Both the position numbers and the translations under genes were made by a program. From contig JAZDKA010000010.1 in the NCBI GenBank assembly GCA_043803385.1, positions 989 through 64,988 of the forward strand: a stretch of 64,000 nt of DNA. Reading direction: 5' to 3'. The notes under the pieces were generated by a model, which worked only from the letters and a program-made list of their open reading frames with translations, had not been told where the DNA came from and did no database searches. Positions 28,575 to 38,013 of this stretch are shown here, piece by piece (the stretch's first letter is position 1; every line of letters begins with the position of its first letter). The stretch is from Patescibacteria group bacterium (GTDB taxonomy: Bacteria > Patescibacteriota > Minisyncoccia > Moranbacterales > JAKLHP01).

Positions 28575-30447
28575 CCTTGCTTTTTTTAATAAGTTGTCTT
28601 AATTCTTCTAAATTAACCGCCGGTTTTTTGTGGGTTAGTTTGAATTTTTTCGGCGCGACATACTGAAGCTGGGACAAAGCCAATGGTTTTTCCCCTGAAA
28701 CAAAAGCTTTTCTTTCAACTTTTTTTATTTCTTTCGGTTTAGTATTATTATCGCTTGATGAATTAATGATATGATGGCTTGATGACCTGTCCGCAATGCT
28801 TTGTTTAGCAATGCTAGTAAGACCAATGGCTTGATGATTCAAATCTTGCTGCTGATCCTTGGCCTTTGCCATTGCTCTTTGATAATCCTTGAAGCATTCC
28901 TTGCAAAATGTCGGACGCTGTCCATCTGGCTCAAAAGGAACTTGAATCTTTTCTCCGCAAGTATCACAAACGGTGTCATATAATTTCTTTTCTTCACTGA
29001 CTTTATTATTATCGCCTGTAATAATTTGAGGAAGATTAACTTTTGTTTTCGGAATATTTTTTGAAACAGGCTCTTCTTTTTTAGAAGCTACTACTTTTTC
29101 TCTTGGATGAACAACAATTATATTTTCTCTTTGTGGAGCTATTTTAACAGCTTCTCTCGCTTTTTCTTCAACTAGCATTCCGCTCCAGCGTTTTATCTTT
29201 TCTTCAACTTCCTCTGCTTTGGTAGTATATCTTTCCCTGGACACTTTAATCACTTTTTCCTCATTTTCTTTTGTTGTTTTGACGTCAATCGGAGCAAGGG
29301 TTGTTGCCGAAAAAGCGTTTCCGGCAATTCCGTCTATCATCAACTTTAAGTAGATATTATATTTTGGAAGATTTACAATGTCATTCATTAAAAAAATCGG
29401 ATCGAATTCTTTTTCTAATTCTTCCGCATCGCCTGCCCCAACTCTAAAAGTAATCAGGGTTCCGGCATTTCCAAATATTGCATCTTTAACTTTTTCATCT
29501 ATCTGAAGTATGTATTGGTTGGCTAGAATAATATTTAACCTATATTTTCTGGCTTCGGAAAGGATATTAGCGAAAGATTCAGTGGCAAAATTTTGAAATT
29601 CATCCACATAAAGATAAATATCTTTTCTTTCTTCTTCAGGAATATCAACCCTTCCCATTGCCGCTAACTGGATTTTTGTTATCATCATCGCGCCGATAAG
29701 CGCGCTGTTGTCTTCGCCAATCCTTCCTTTGGAAAGATTCATAATCAGTATTTTTTGATTATCCATTACTTCCCGGACATCGAAAGATGATTTGGTCTGC
29801 CCGACAATATTTCGAATCAGAGAACTGGAAAGGAACTGCCCAACTTTGTTTTGAATTGGAGAAATAACTTCTTGAAGCACTCTTTCATTCCATTTAGGGA
29901 ATTCATCTACCCAAAAAGAGCGGACGACCGGATCAGTTATTTTTTCAACTATTCTCTTAAGGTAATTTTTGTCGACCAGCATCCTAGTGACCCCTAAAAG
30001 AGTCGATCCGGGATATTCTAAAAGGGCTAAAATTGCATTTCGAAGTATATATTCAAGCCTTGGCCCCCAAGAATCCGCCCAAATTTTCTTGAAAACTCCA
30101 ACCAGTCCCGAAGCCACTAGATGGCGCTGTTTTGGATCGACGCTTTCCATCACATTAAAAGCAATGGGAAAATCTTGGTCAGCCGGATTAAAATAGATCA
30201 CGTCGTTAATCCTATTTGAAGGAATTGCTTTTATTAGTTTTTCTGCAGTGTCGCCGTGTGGATCAATAAAAACCATTCCTTTTCCGTTCTGAATGTCCTG
30301 AATAGCCATCGTTTCCAAGAGATTCGTCTTTCCCATTCCAGTTTTTCCAATAACATACATATGCCGGCGCCTATCGTCGGTTTTTATTCCAAAAACTCTT
30401 TCTTGGTTTCGAAAATTAGTTTTAGCAAAAAAAGTTATTTCATCCAT
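28567..30447 (-). CDS. VirD4/TraG/HerA-like P-loop ATPase with a CxxC-x17-CxxC domain
   Basis: GKTGMGKT Walker A, FIDPHGD, YVDEFQN Walker B, SEARKY; CDTC-x17-CKEC. Confidence 0.88.
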   Translation of the reverse strand: MDEITFFAKTNFRNQERVFGIKTDDRRRHMYVIGKTGMGKTNLLETMAIQDIQNGKGMVFIDPHGDTAEKLIKAIPSNRINDVIYFNPADQDFPIAFNVMESVDPKQRHLVASGLVGVFKKIWADSWGPRLEYILRNAILALLEYPGSTLLGVTRMLVDKNYLKRIVEKITDPVVRSFWVDEFPKWNERVLQEVISPIQNKVGQFLSSSLIRNIVGQTKSSFDVREVMDNQKILIMNLSKGRIGEDNSALIGAMMITKIQLAAMGRVDIPEEERKDIYLYVDEFQNFATESFANILSEARKYRLNIILANQYILQIDEKVKDAIFGNAGTLITFRVGAGDAEELEKEFDPIFLMNDIVNLPKYNIYLKLMIDGIAGNAFSATTLAPIDVKTTKENEEKVIKVSRERYTTKAEEVEEKIKRWSGMLVEEKAREAVKIAPQRENIIVVHPREKVVASKKEEPVSKNIPKTKVNLPQIITGDNNKVSEEKKLYDTVCDTCGEKIQVPFEPDGQRPTFCKECFKDYQRAMAKAKDQQQDLNHQAIGLTSIAKQSIADRSSSHHIINSSSDNNTKPKEIKKVERKAFVSGEKPLALSQLQYVAPKKFKLTHKKPAVNLEELRQLIKKSKDE

Positions 30448-30450
30448 AAG

Positions 30451-31734
30451 TTATTTTATCGGCAGATTGGCCGGAGCGCCTCCCAGCTTAGCTTCGACGC
30501 GCGGAATGGAAGGAGCCATAGCGGACATATCAGGCATATGAAAGATAGTGGCAAGTTCCGCTGTGCTCATATCAAATTTTTTTCCAGTCCAATCGCGGTC
30601 AACATATCTTTGAAAAAGAATTCTTTGGCGGTATCTCAATCTTGTTTTCGTCATAAAATACCAGGCGTAGGTCTTGGTTGGATCATAGATACTTATTCCG
30701 GCTGAATGCATATCGGAAAACTGTTTCATTGCTCCCCAAAAACCGCCTACCACAACAGGCTTATCCCAATTATCCCTGGTCCCGATATAAACAAACCTAA
30801 TCTTCGTCTTGAAAAAATTCCTGCCTACATTTTCTTCCAATGCCTTGAGTTTTTCTCTTTCACCGGGCGTTAAGCGGAATTCTAATGGCTGCTCTTCTTT
30901 TTTCTCTTCTGCTGTCGCAAATTCAGGCATTTTGGAGAATCCTTTTATAATATTTCCGAGAACATCTCCAGCGTCATTCATAATTCTTTCGACTGTTGAT
31001 TTTGGCTTTGTTTTTCTCTTGGTTAAAACTTCAATAAATTCTTTTCCCTTTTTTAAAGCCTCTACTTCCTTAATTGGGGTAATAATAATCTGAAACCATA
31101 CCTTCTGGCTGGGCTTAAGATTTCCCAATATTTCCAAAACTGATGACAACGGATCAATCATTTTTCCGGTAACATCTTCCTGAAATCTCATATAAGTCTT
31201 GATTGGCAATGATTCATTTTCCCCAGAAAGTTCAGCATCAGCTCCCCATATTTCCCATTTTTTATTGGGAACTAGTCTGGGAACTTCTTTGGTGTAATCA
31301 TCTGCTTCCACAATTTGAGCATCTGGATACTGGGCATAGATATTGGCTTCTACGAGATCTCTGTCGCTTCTTGGGCCGTGTATATAAAAGTGAATTTTTC
31401 CGCTGTCTCCGACCAACTCCAAAGAAAACCATTCAATAAATCTCCCTTGGATATAAATTTCATTATTGGGAATAGTAGTGATTACTCCGTGGATTCCATT
31501 AAAAAAAGATTCCATTAATTTCGGGCTTTTTTCAATATTCTGGGGAGGAATAATTTCCAAGATAACTTTATCAACTGATCTCCAATATCCTCTGATGACA
31601 TGATCCATCCAAAGCGCTTTGAATGCCCAATATAAAAAAGGAGGCAAAACAAAATACCAAATAGAAGTAAATACTCCTCCAAGCGTAGAAGTTACGTAGG
31701 CAATATCTCTAAAAGAAGAAATTAATATATTCAT
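30451..31734 (-). CDS. Membrane-anchored hypothetical protein, likely partner of the ATPase
   Basis: N-terminal TM, FSLEL, IYAQYP, ELATIFHMP, PANLP; 3 bp from the ATPase start. Confidence 0.8.
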   Translation of the reverse strand: MNILISSFRDIAYVTSTLGGVFTSIWYFVLPPFLYWAFKALWMDHVIRGYWRSVDKVILEIIPPQNIEKSPKLMESFFNGIHGVITTIPNNEIYIQGRFIEWFSLELVGDSGKIHFYIHGPRSDRDLVEANIYAQYPDAQIVEADDYTKEVPRLVPNKKWEIWGADAELSGENESLPIKTYMRFQEDVTGKMIDPLSSVLEILGNLKPSQKVWFQIIITPIKEVEALKKGKEFIEVLTKRKTKPKSTVERIMNDAGDVLGNIIKGFSKMPEFATAEEKKEEQPLEFRLTPGEREKLKALEENVGRNFFKTKIRFVYIGTRDNWDKPVVVGGFWGAMKQFSDMHSAGISIYDPTKTYAWYFMTKTRLRYRQRILFQRYVDRDWTGKKFDMSTAELATIFHMPDMSAMAPSIPRVEAKLGGAPANLPIK

Positions 31735-31797
31735 TTTTGTGAATCCGAATTAAATAACGTTGTATCTAAAGGATTTCTTTTTTGCGTTATTTCTTTG

Positions 31798-32844
31798 TTA
31801 TTTCTTTACCGAGTACTCGTTTTTCCCCACTTTTTGGAAAAAATTATTGAGATTTATCATTACGGTTGATTTTTTTACCTTTCTCATTTTCAAAGCTTGC
31901 TCCAAGATATCTTCTTTTCTCATCGGCCTTGAATTTTTTTTCAAAATATCCTCGATTACTTCTCTTACCGTCCCTTTCTCGAAACCCCATTCTGAAAGTG
32001 CATAAGTTCCTCTTCCGACTAAAATAAATCGCTTGTCCCTAATAAGTTCATTATGCACTGTTTGGGGATGGGTTCTTTTCTTTTTATTGAGCTTATATTT
32101 ATCAATTGCTTCTGCAATTTCTTTGAAGTGCATGGGTCTTCCTGTTTCTTTGAGAATTAGGTATATCTTTTCTCTGGTACCCTTCGGAGTTATTTCATCC
32201 CATGATTTGAGCCCCCACTTTTGAAACCTCCCTTTCTTTATTTCAGAGGAAACATCAAGATAATTGAAGAGTTTTTTCGGTTCAATTTCCGTACTTTTTA
32301 AATTAAGTATTTCTTTTACCAATTCCTGATCAGTAAGGGGGCGTTGTTTTTTTTCAAGAATTTCTTTAATCAAATTTTTCGTTTTTCTCCATTCATTTAA
32401 ACTGAACTCCCCATTTGACCAAGATCCTTCAACTTCTCCGAGTATTTCCCTGTACTCAATATTGTCAAAAAGATCAAGAAAAAACTTTAGGGCGCCTCTC
32501 TCTTTTAAATCAGCAGTTTGAGCCATTAATTCTTCTTCTTTAATTATACCACTTTTTTCTTTAATGGTAAACGCCAACTTATTTTTAATTTCCTCAATAA
32601 CATCACTCTTGCCTTTTTTGAGTTTTTTCAAAGTCTCCTTAATTATCTGGCGGACCCTTTCCCTGGTAATATCATACTCCCTGCCTATTTCTTCCAGTGT
32701 TTTGGGATCACCATTTTTTATGCCATATCTTCCCGAAATAATCCCTTTTGGCCTTTCTGGAAATTCCAAAAAAACCCTTTCTAGGGCCGAAAGAAAGCCA
32801 ATATTGGACTTTTTGATAGTGTTTCTAGGATTATTACTTATCAT
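31798..32844 (-). CDS. Sigma70 region 4 HTH plus winged-helix (HARE-HTH/RpoE-delta-like) protein
   Basis: RYG..TLEEIGREYDITRERVRQI; PMHFKEIA...TVHNELIRDKRFILVGRGTYALSEWG. Confidence 0.85.
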   Translation of the reverse strand: MISNNPRNTIKKSNIGFLSALERVFLEFPERPKGIISGRYGIKNGDPKTLEEIGREYDITRERVRQIIKETLKKLKKGKSDVIEEIKNKLAFTIKEKSGIIKEEELMAQTADLKERGALKFFLDLFDNIEYREILGEVEGSWSNGEFSLNEWRKTKNLIKEILEKKQRPLTDQELVKEILNLKSTEIEPKKLFNYLDVSSEIKKGRFQKWGLKSWDEITPKGTREKIYLILKETGRPMHFKEIAEAIDKYKLNKKKRTHPQTVHNELIRDKRFILVGRGTYALSEWGFEKGTVREVIEDILKKNSRPMRKEDILEQALKMRKVKKSTVMINLNNFFQKVGKNEYSVKK

Positions 32845-33123
32845 TTATTTGAAGTGTTTTAAAAATTATAAAAACGGATTTAGCCGTCAAATTAGATTAG
32901 CACATAATTGGATATTTTGTCAAGGATTAAGCGCTTTTTGCTATAATACCTGTTATTTATATATTTCTTTAATAAAATAATAAAAAAATCAATCATACTT
33001 ATCGTATGTGCTTTAATATATCCGCATTAATTGTTTAAAACAAGACGATTGGTAAATAAGTATAAATAAAAAACCGGTTATCGATATTTCGTTGATAACC
33101 GGTTAACTCTAATATTGACTTAC

Positions 33124-34200
33124 TTATTCAATTGAGATTCCGAGAATTTTAAACGTCTTTTCTTCAAGCTGTCGAACTCTTTCCCTACTAATATCTAACA
33201 ATAATCCAACAGCTTCAAGAGTTCGATATTGTCCATCAATAATCCCAAACCTATGGACTATAACCCAATACCATTTCGGATACTCATTTTCTAATTTCTT
33301 AAGACGGCCATCTCGATTGGCCAGGACAACAGCCTCCAAGTCATCAAATCGTGACAAAGGAAAGTCTAACGGCAGTTTTTCCAAACCAATCTTCTTTGCC
33401 ATTTCAACACTTTTCTTAGATATTTCAGAAAGGAAATCAGCTTGATTGAAAAAAGAACGAATACGGGAAACTCTTCTTTTGATGTTGCCAGCCATTAATG
33501 TTGCTTCCTTCCCCGCATTGAAAGTCTGATCCACATATTTAATTATAGCATTGACTCTACGAGATACTAATCCTTCGTCTTCTTTGTATCCGAATTCTTT
33601 CGCAACTAATCTCTGGGGAATGAAATCTTTTCCATTGAGACAAAAATACCTTGCGGTAATGAGAGCGGCATCAAATTTAAGAGCAATAAGCTCATCAAAT
33701 AATCTTTTTTGTTCATCTGAAAGGTTCATGAAAAAAAGAGCTTGAGCTTTGTAGAATGGTGAACGATTCTCATTATCCTTCCATGCACATTCTGGTTTCC
33801 AATGGCCAACGATAATTTTTACATTGTGGTGTTTTTCGCAAAGTTCAAGATGAGATTGAAGAAATTTTCGCCTCATGGTTGGGATAACCTGTATTATTTC
33901 AACATTTGGAGCAAGTTCAATAATTTTTTCAATTATCCAGAGAAATGGGTATCCATCAATATGAACGAGAACTGTATTTTCATTAAGGCTTTGAAAGTTG
34001 CCATGGTTTCTACCTCCCCTAGAATGGATTATGGCATAATTTTTTATCTTTTCTGATGTTAAGCAAATTGATCCATGAATCGTTTTCTCGATTCTAGCTA
34101 TCGGCTCTCTCTTTTTATTAACAGAGTGACCTCTGGAATCGCAAAAAGAACAAGAGTCTTCCATCAAGCCATGTTTACATCTTTTCTCGATCTCCATCAC
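33124..34200 (-). CDS. Protein with N-terminal Cys/His cluster and C-terminal sigma70 region 4 HTH
   Basis: CKHGL...CSFC; RFG...RTLEAVGLLLDISRERVRQLE; AAGGAGG SD. Confidence 0.8.
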   Translation of the reverse strand: MMEIEKRCKHGLMEDSCSFCDSRGHSVNKKREPIARIEKTIHGSICLTSEKIKNYAIIHSRGGRNHGNFQSLNENTVLVHIDGYPFLWIIEKIIELAPNVEIIQVIPTMRRKFLQSHLELCEKHHNVKIIVGHWKPECAWKDNENRSPFYKAQALFFMNLSDEQKRLFDELIALKFDAALITARYFCLNGKDFIPQRLVAKEFGYKEDEGLVSRRVNAIIKYVDQTFNAGKEATLMAGNIKRRVSRIRSFFNQADFLSEISKKSVEMAKKIGLEKLPLDFPLSRFDDLEAVVLANRDGRLKKLENEYPKWYWVIVHRFGIIDGQYRTLEAVGLLLDISRERVRQLEEKTFKILGISIE

Positions 34201-34376
34201 ATTCCTCCTTTTGTATATAATATTTGATTTTATTTCCCGTATATTAGACTAATAAGAGCTAGAAAATAGAGTAATACGAAAAAGTTGCTATGTCAATTTC
34301 TATGAAAAAACATAAACAATAAAAAAATGCCTTAATAGATAAAAAGGAAAGCTCCAAATGAATTTACAAAAATAAT

Positions 34377-36824
34377 TTATCTCCTAATTTCCACTTCAAA
34401 TTCTTTTTCCAATCCGGCAGTTATTTTTTTCATTAACTCATCTATTTCTTTATTTTGAAGAGTCCTGTCTTGAGATCCAAAGATTATATGAAAAGCAAAG
34501 CTAGTTTCTCTTTTTTCCTCAAAATCAAAAATGTCGAATAATTCAACGTCAATAATAAGATCGCCCCCCAATTTTTGGATAACTTCCAAGATGTCATCGA
34601 TTCTGGCGCTTGATCTTGAAATCATGGAAATATCCCTAATTGAAACCGGATACTTTTGAAGCGGCAAATACTCCCTTTCCTTATTGGAAATTGCCATAAG
34701 TTTTTCCATGTCGAATTCAAACATCACCACTCTCTTGTGTATATCAAAGTTTGCCAAAACCAACGGATTTATTTCTCCCATATATCCGAATTTTTCGTTT
34801 TTCCCTTCTTTTTTTATTTCTGCGTATCGAGTAGGATGCCAGAGAGCCGAAAAGCTGTCTTCCGGAGTGCATTCAAAATTATCGAAATAATAATTAATTA
34901 TCCCGAGCTTTTCAAAAAGCGCATCGATGTATCCTTTCATTTCATAGAAATTTTCTGATTTCTTGTCTTTTTCGAGAATCAAAGCTCCTATCAGCATATT
35001 TTTTTCTTCCGGAAGTTTTTTACCATCGGGCCAGAAAACTTTTCCGATTTCAAAAATATGAAGTTCGTTGAAATTTTTGAGATTTTTCCTTATGTTTTTG
35101 AGGATATTCGGAATAAGGCTCACTCTAATCAATGCCTGGCTTGGATTCATTGGGTTTTCGAGTTCCAGATGACTAACCGTTCCGAGCTGGGCAAGTCCTG
35201 CGTCTTTTTGGCTATAAAAAGAGTAATTGTAAACCTCTGAAAATCCGTCGCCCGCCAGGATATTTTTCACCATTCTCTCAAATTTTCTTTTCTCATTTAT
35301 TCTTGGAGATTTAATAGAAACAAGCGGCGCGGATGGTTTTATTTTTTCATAGCCGTATAATCTTCCGATTTCTTCGATTAGATCTTCCTGGGTTCTGATA
35401 TCTATCCTTCTTGTCGGAATTTTCACTATTATTGCTTTTCCCTTTCCTGAAGTTTCAAGTCCTAATAAATTTAATATTTTTATTGCTTCTTTTGCAGATA
35501 TTTTTTCTCCCAGTAATCTATTAACATATTCTAAATCCAATTTAACCTGCCGCGGTTTCACTTTACTTGGATAATTATCAACGATTTCATCAACTTTACC
35601 CCGATGTGGGGACGTAGCGCCAAAAGATTTGATTATTTCAATCACTCTAGCCATCGCAATTTCGCAAAGATTCGGATCAATTCCTTTTTCATAGCGATCG
35701 GATGCTTCGGTCTTAAGATTTAATCTTGTTCGACTCCTTCGTATATTCGTTGCATTAAAATTAGCCGATTCCAAAACAATAGCTGTTGTGTTTTCGCTTA
35801 TACTGGAATCTTCTCCTCCCATAATTCCGGCTAGCGCCAAACCCTTTTTTTCATTAGCTATAACAAGATTCTCCAAAGATAATTCTTTAACAGTTCCATC
35901 TAGCAATTTTATTTCCTCGCCTTCTTTAGCTCTTCGCACTATTATTCGCACTAATTCGCTTTTTATTTGCTCCTTATTCGCGAGTTTTCCAAGATCGAAG
36001 GCATGCAGTGGTTGTCCGAATTCAATCATCACAAAATTAGTCGCGTCAACAATATTATTTATCGGCTTTATTCCTAAAGCCAACAGTCTATTTTTTACCC
36101 AAGCTGGAGAAGGTTGAATTTTTATATTTTCTAAAACCGCTCCGATATATCGAGGACATAGTTTTTTATCTTTTATTTCTATTTCAAGCCGGGAAGCTTT
36201 TTGAGCAGAAAGTCTTAGTTTATTATAAAAAGGATCTATTTTCTTGTTATTTAAAGCTGCAACTTCTCGAGCCATTCCAACATGGCTTAGCGCATCATGA
36301 CCTCTGTCGGGAAGAACCTTAATTTCAAAAATCGTATCATTGAGTTCCAAGACTTCTGAAACTTTTTCTCCAACTTTAGCATCTTTTTCAAGTATTAAAA
36401 TTCCGCTATGATCTTTGCCAAGTCCCAATTCATCTTCCGCGCAAAGCATTCCAAAAGATTTTACTCCGCGAATTTCCGCTTCTTTAATTTCTAATCCTCC
36501 GGAAAGTTTCGCACCAACCAAAGCCACTGGCACTTTATCGCCAATTTTTATATTGTTTGCGCCGCAGACAATTGTAAGAGTATCCGGTATTTTGTATTTG
36601 GTATTTTGTATTTTTTCTACAAAAACTCTTACAATTTGCAATTTATCAGCGTTGGGGTGTTTTTCTATATCCTTTATTTGCCCGACGACAACACCCTCTA
36701 ATCCCTTTCCTTTTTTCTCAATTCCTTCCACTTCAAAAGAATGCATCATTAGTGCATCTGCTACTTGTTCAGGACTTTTATTTATCTTGCTTATTTCCTT
36801 AAGCCAGCTATAGGAATACTTCAT
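34377..36824 (-). CDS. pheT: Phenylalanine--tRNA ligase beta subunit
   Basis: HPNADKL, IVCGA, RGVKSFGMLC, NNIVDATN..GQPLHAFD, DLIEEIGR. Confidence 0.98.
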   Translation of the reverse strand: MKYSYSWLKEISKINKSPEQVADALMMHSFEVEGIEKKGKGLEGVVVGQIKDIEKHPNADKLQIVRVFVEKIQNTKYKIPDTLTIVCGANNIKIGDKVPVALVGAKLSGGLEIKEAEIRGVKSFGMLCAEDELGLGKDHSGILILEKDAKVGEKVSEVLELNDTIFEIKVLPDRGHDALSHVGMAREVAALNNKKIDPFYNKLRLSAQKASRLEIEIKDKKLCPRYIGAVLENIKIQPSPAWVKNRLLALGIKPINNIVDATNFVMIEFGQPLHAFDLGKLANKEQIKSELVRIIVRRAKEGEEIKLLDGTVKELSLENLVIANEKKGLALAGIMGGEDSSISENTTAIVLESANFNATNIRRSRTRLNLKTEASDRYEKGIDPNLCEIAMARVIEIIKSFGATSPHRGKVDEIVDNYPSKVKPRQVKLDLEYVNRLLGEKISAKEAIKILNLLGLETSGKGKAIIVKIPTRRIDIRTQEDLIEEIGRLYGYEKIKPSAPLVSIKSPRINEKRKFERMVKNILAGDGFSEVYNYSFYSQKDAGLAQLGTVSHLELENPMNPSQALIRVSLIPNILKNIRKNLKNFNELHIFEIGKVFWPDGKKLPEEKNMLIGALILEKDKKSENFYEMKGYIDALFEKLGIINYYFDNFECTPEDSFSALWHPTRYAEIKKEGKNEKFGYMGEINPLVLANFDIHKRVVMFEFDMEKLMAISNKEREYLPLQKYPVSIRDISMISRSSARIDDILEVIQKLGGDLIIDVELFDIFDFEEKRETSFAFHIIFGSQDRTLQNKEIDELMKKITAGLEKEFEVEIRR

Positions 36825-36915
36825 CTAGATGTTTACTAATTACTAATCAAATACTAATATACTAATTCTTTAAGATTTGTATATTAGTAAAATATTCGTA
36901 ATTCGTAAAGAATAC

Positions 36916-38010
36916 TCAAAATTGATTAATAAACCTTAGATCTCCGCTATGAAATAATCTGATATCATTAATTTTATATCTCATCATTGCCAGCCGTTCC
37001 AGTCCGAATCCCCAGGCAAAGCCTTGAAACTTGCCTTTTGGATAGCCTGCCGCCTCAAAAACGGCTTGGTTTACCATTCCGGCGCCTCCTAGTTCCAGCC
37101 AGCCGGCATCATTACAGGCTCTGCAGCCCTTTCCGGAGCACATCAGGCAATTAATATCAAATTCGAAACTCGGTTCCGTAAAAGGAAAAAAACTGGGCCT
37201 TAATCTTACTTTTACTTCTTTTTTAAAAAATTTTGAGAAAAACTCTTCAGCAATATATTTTAGATTTCCGACATTAATATCTTCCCCGACCATAAGGGCT
37301 TCAAATTGATAAAAAGTATGTTCATGGGTGCTGTCAGTCGCCTCTCTTCGAAAACATTTCCCCGGAGCGATTATGCGAAAAGGAGGCTTATTTTTTTGCA
37401 TATAGCGAATTTGTATAGTCGATGTCTGGCTCCTCATAACAAGCGCTGACTCACGCTGACTTAACGCTGAATTACGCTGACTATTCTTAGTTTCCGCGAT
37501 AGTCTGCGTTTCGTCCGCGTTGGTCCGCGTCTTGAGCCAAAACGTATCCTGCATATCGCGCGCCGGATGATCTTTGGGAACATTGAGCGCGTCAAAATTA
37601 TACCATTCGGTTTCCACTTCCGGACCATCGGCAATTTCAAAGCCCATTTCGGTAAAAATATCTTCTATTTCATTCTGTACTCTGCTTAAGATATGGAGAT
37701 GCCCAATTTTTACTTTTCTCCCCGGAATAGTCACATCTATTCTTTCTTTTTCAAAATCGACATTGTTTTTCTCCAACAGTTTTTGAGTTTTGTTTATGTG
37801 GTTTTGAATTCCTAACTTGGAAATATTAGCCAGCTGCCCAATTTCCCTTTTTTCTTCTTCCGGAAGATCTTTAATGCTCTTAAGTATTTGATTAAATTCG
37901 CTATTTCTTCCCAGATATTTTTTCTCCAGATCAAAAAGCTCTTCCTTGCTTTTTGCCTGGCTTATTTCTTCAATCGCTTTGGTTTTAATTTCGATTATTT
38001 TATTCTGCAT
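36916..38010 (-). CDS. pheS: Phenylalanine--tRNA ligase alpha subunit
   Basis: HPARDMQDTF, FFPFTEPS, GFAWGFGLERLAM. Confidence 0.98.
   Translation of the reverse strand: MQNKIIEIKTKAIEEISQAKSKEELFDLEKKYLGRNSEFNQILKSIKDLPEEEKREIGQLANISKLGIQNHINKTQKLLEKNNVDFEKERIDVTIPGRKVKIGHLHILSRVQNEIEDIFTEMGFEIADGPEVETEWYNFDALNVPKDHPARDMQDTFWLKTRTNADETQTIAETKNSQRNSALSQRESALVMRSQTSTIQIRYMQKNKPPFRIIAPGKCFRREATDSTHEHTFYQFEALMVGEDINVGNLKYIAEEFFSKFFKKEVKVRLRPSFFPFTEPSFEFDINCLMCSGKGCRACNDAGWLELGGAGMVNQAVFEAAGYPKGKFQGFAWGFGLERLAMMRYKINDIRLFHSGDLRFINQF
37444..37530. repeat. In-frame array of 10-bp units, 4 forward plus 4 inverted, in pheS
   Basis: CGCTGA-core x4 then TCCGCG/TCTGCG-core x4, encoding TRTNADETQTIAETKNSQRNSALSQRESA. 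Confidence 0.85.
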
Positions 38011-38013
38011 ATT

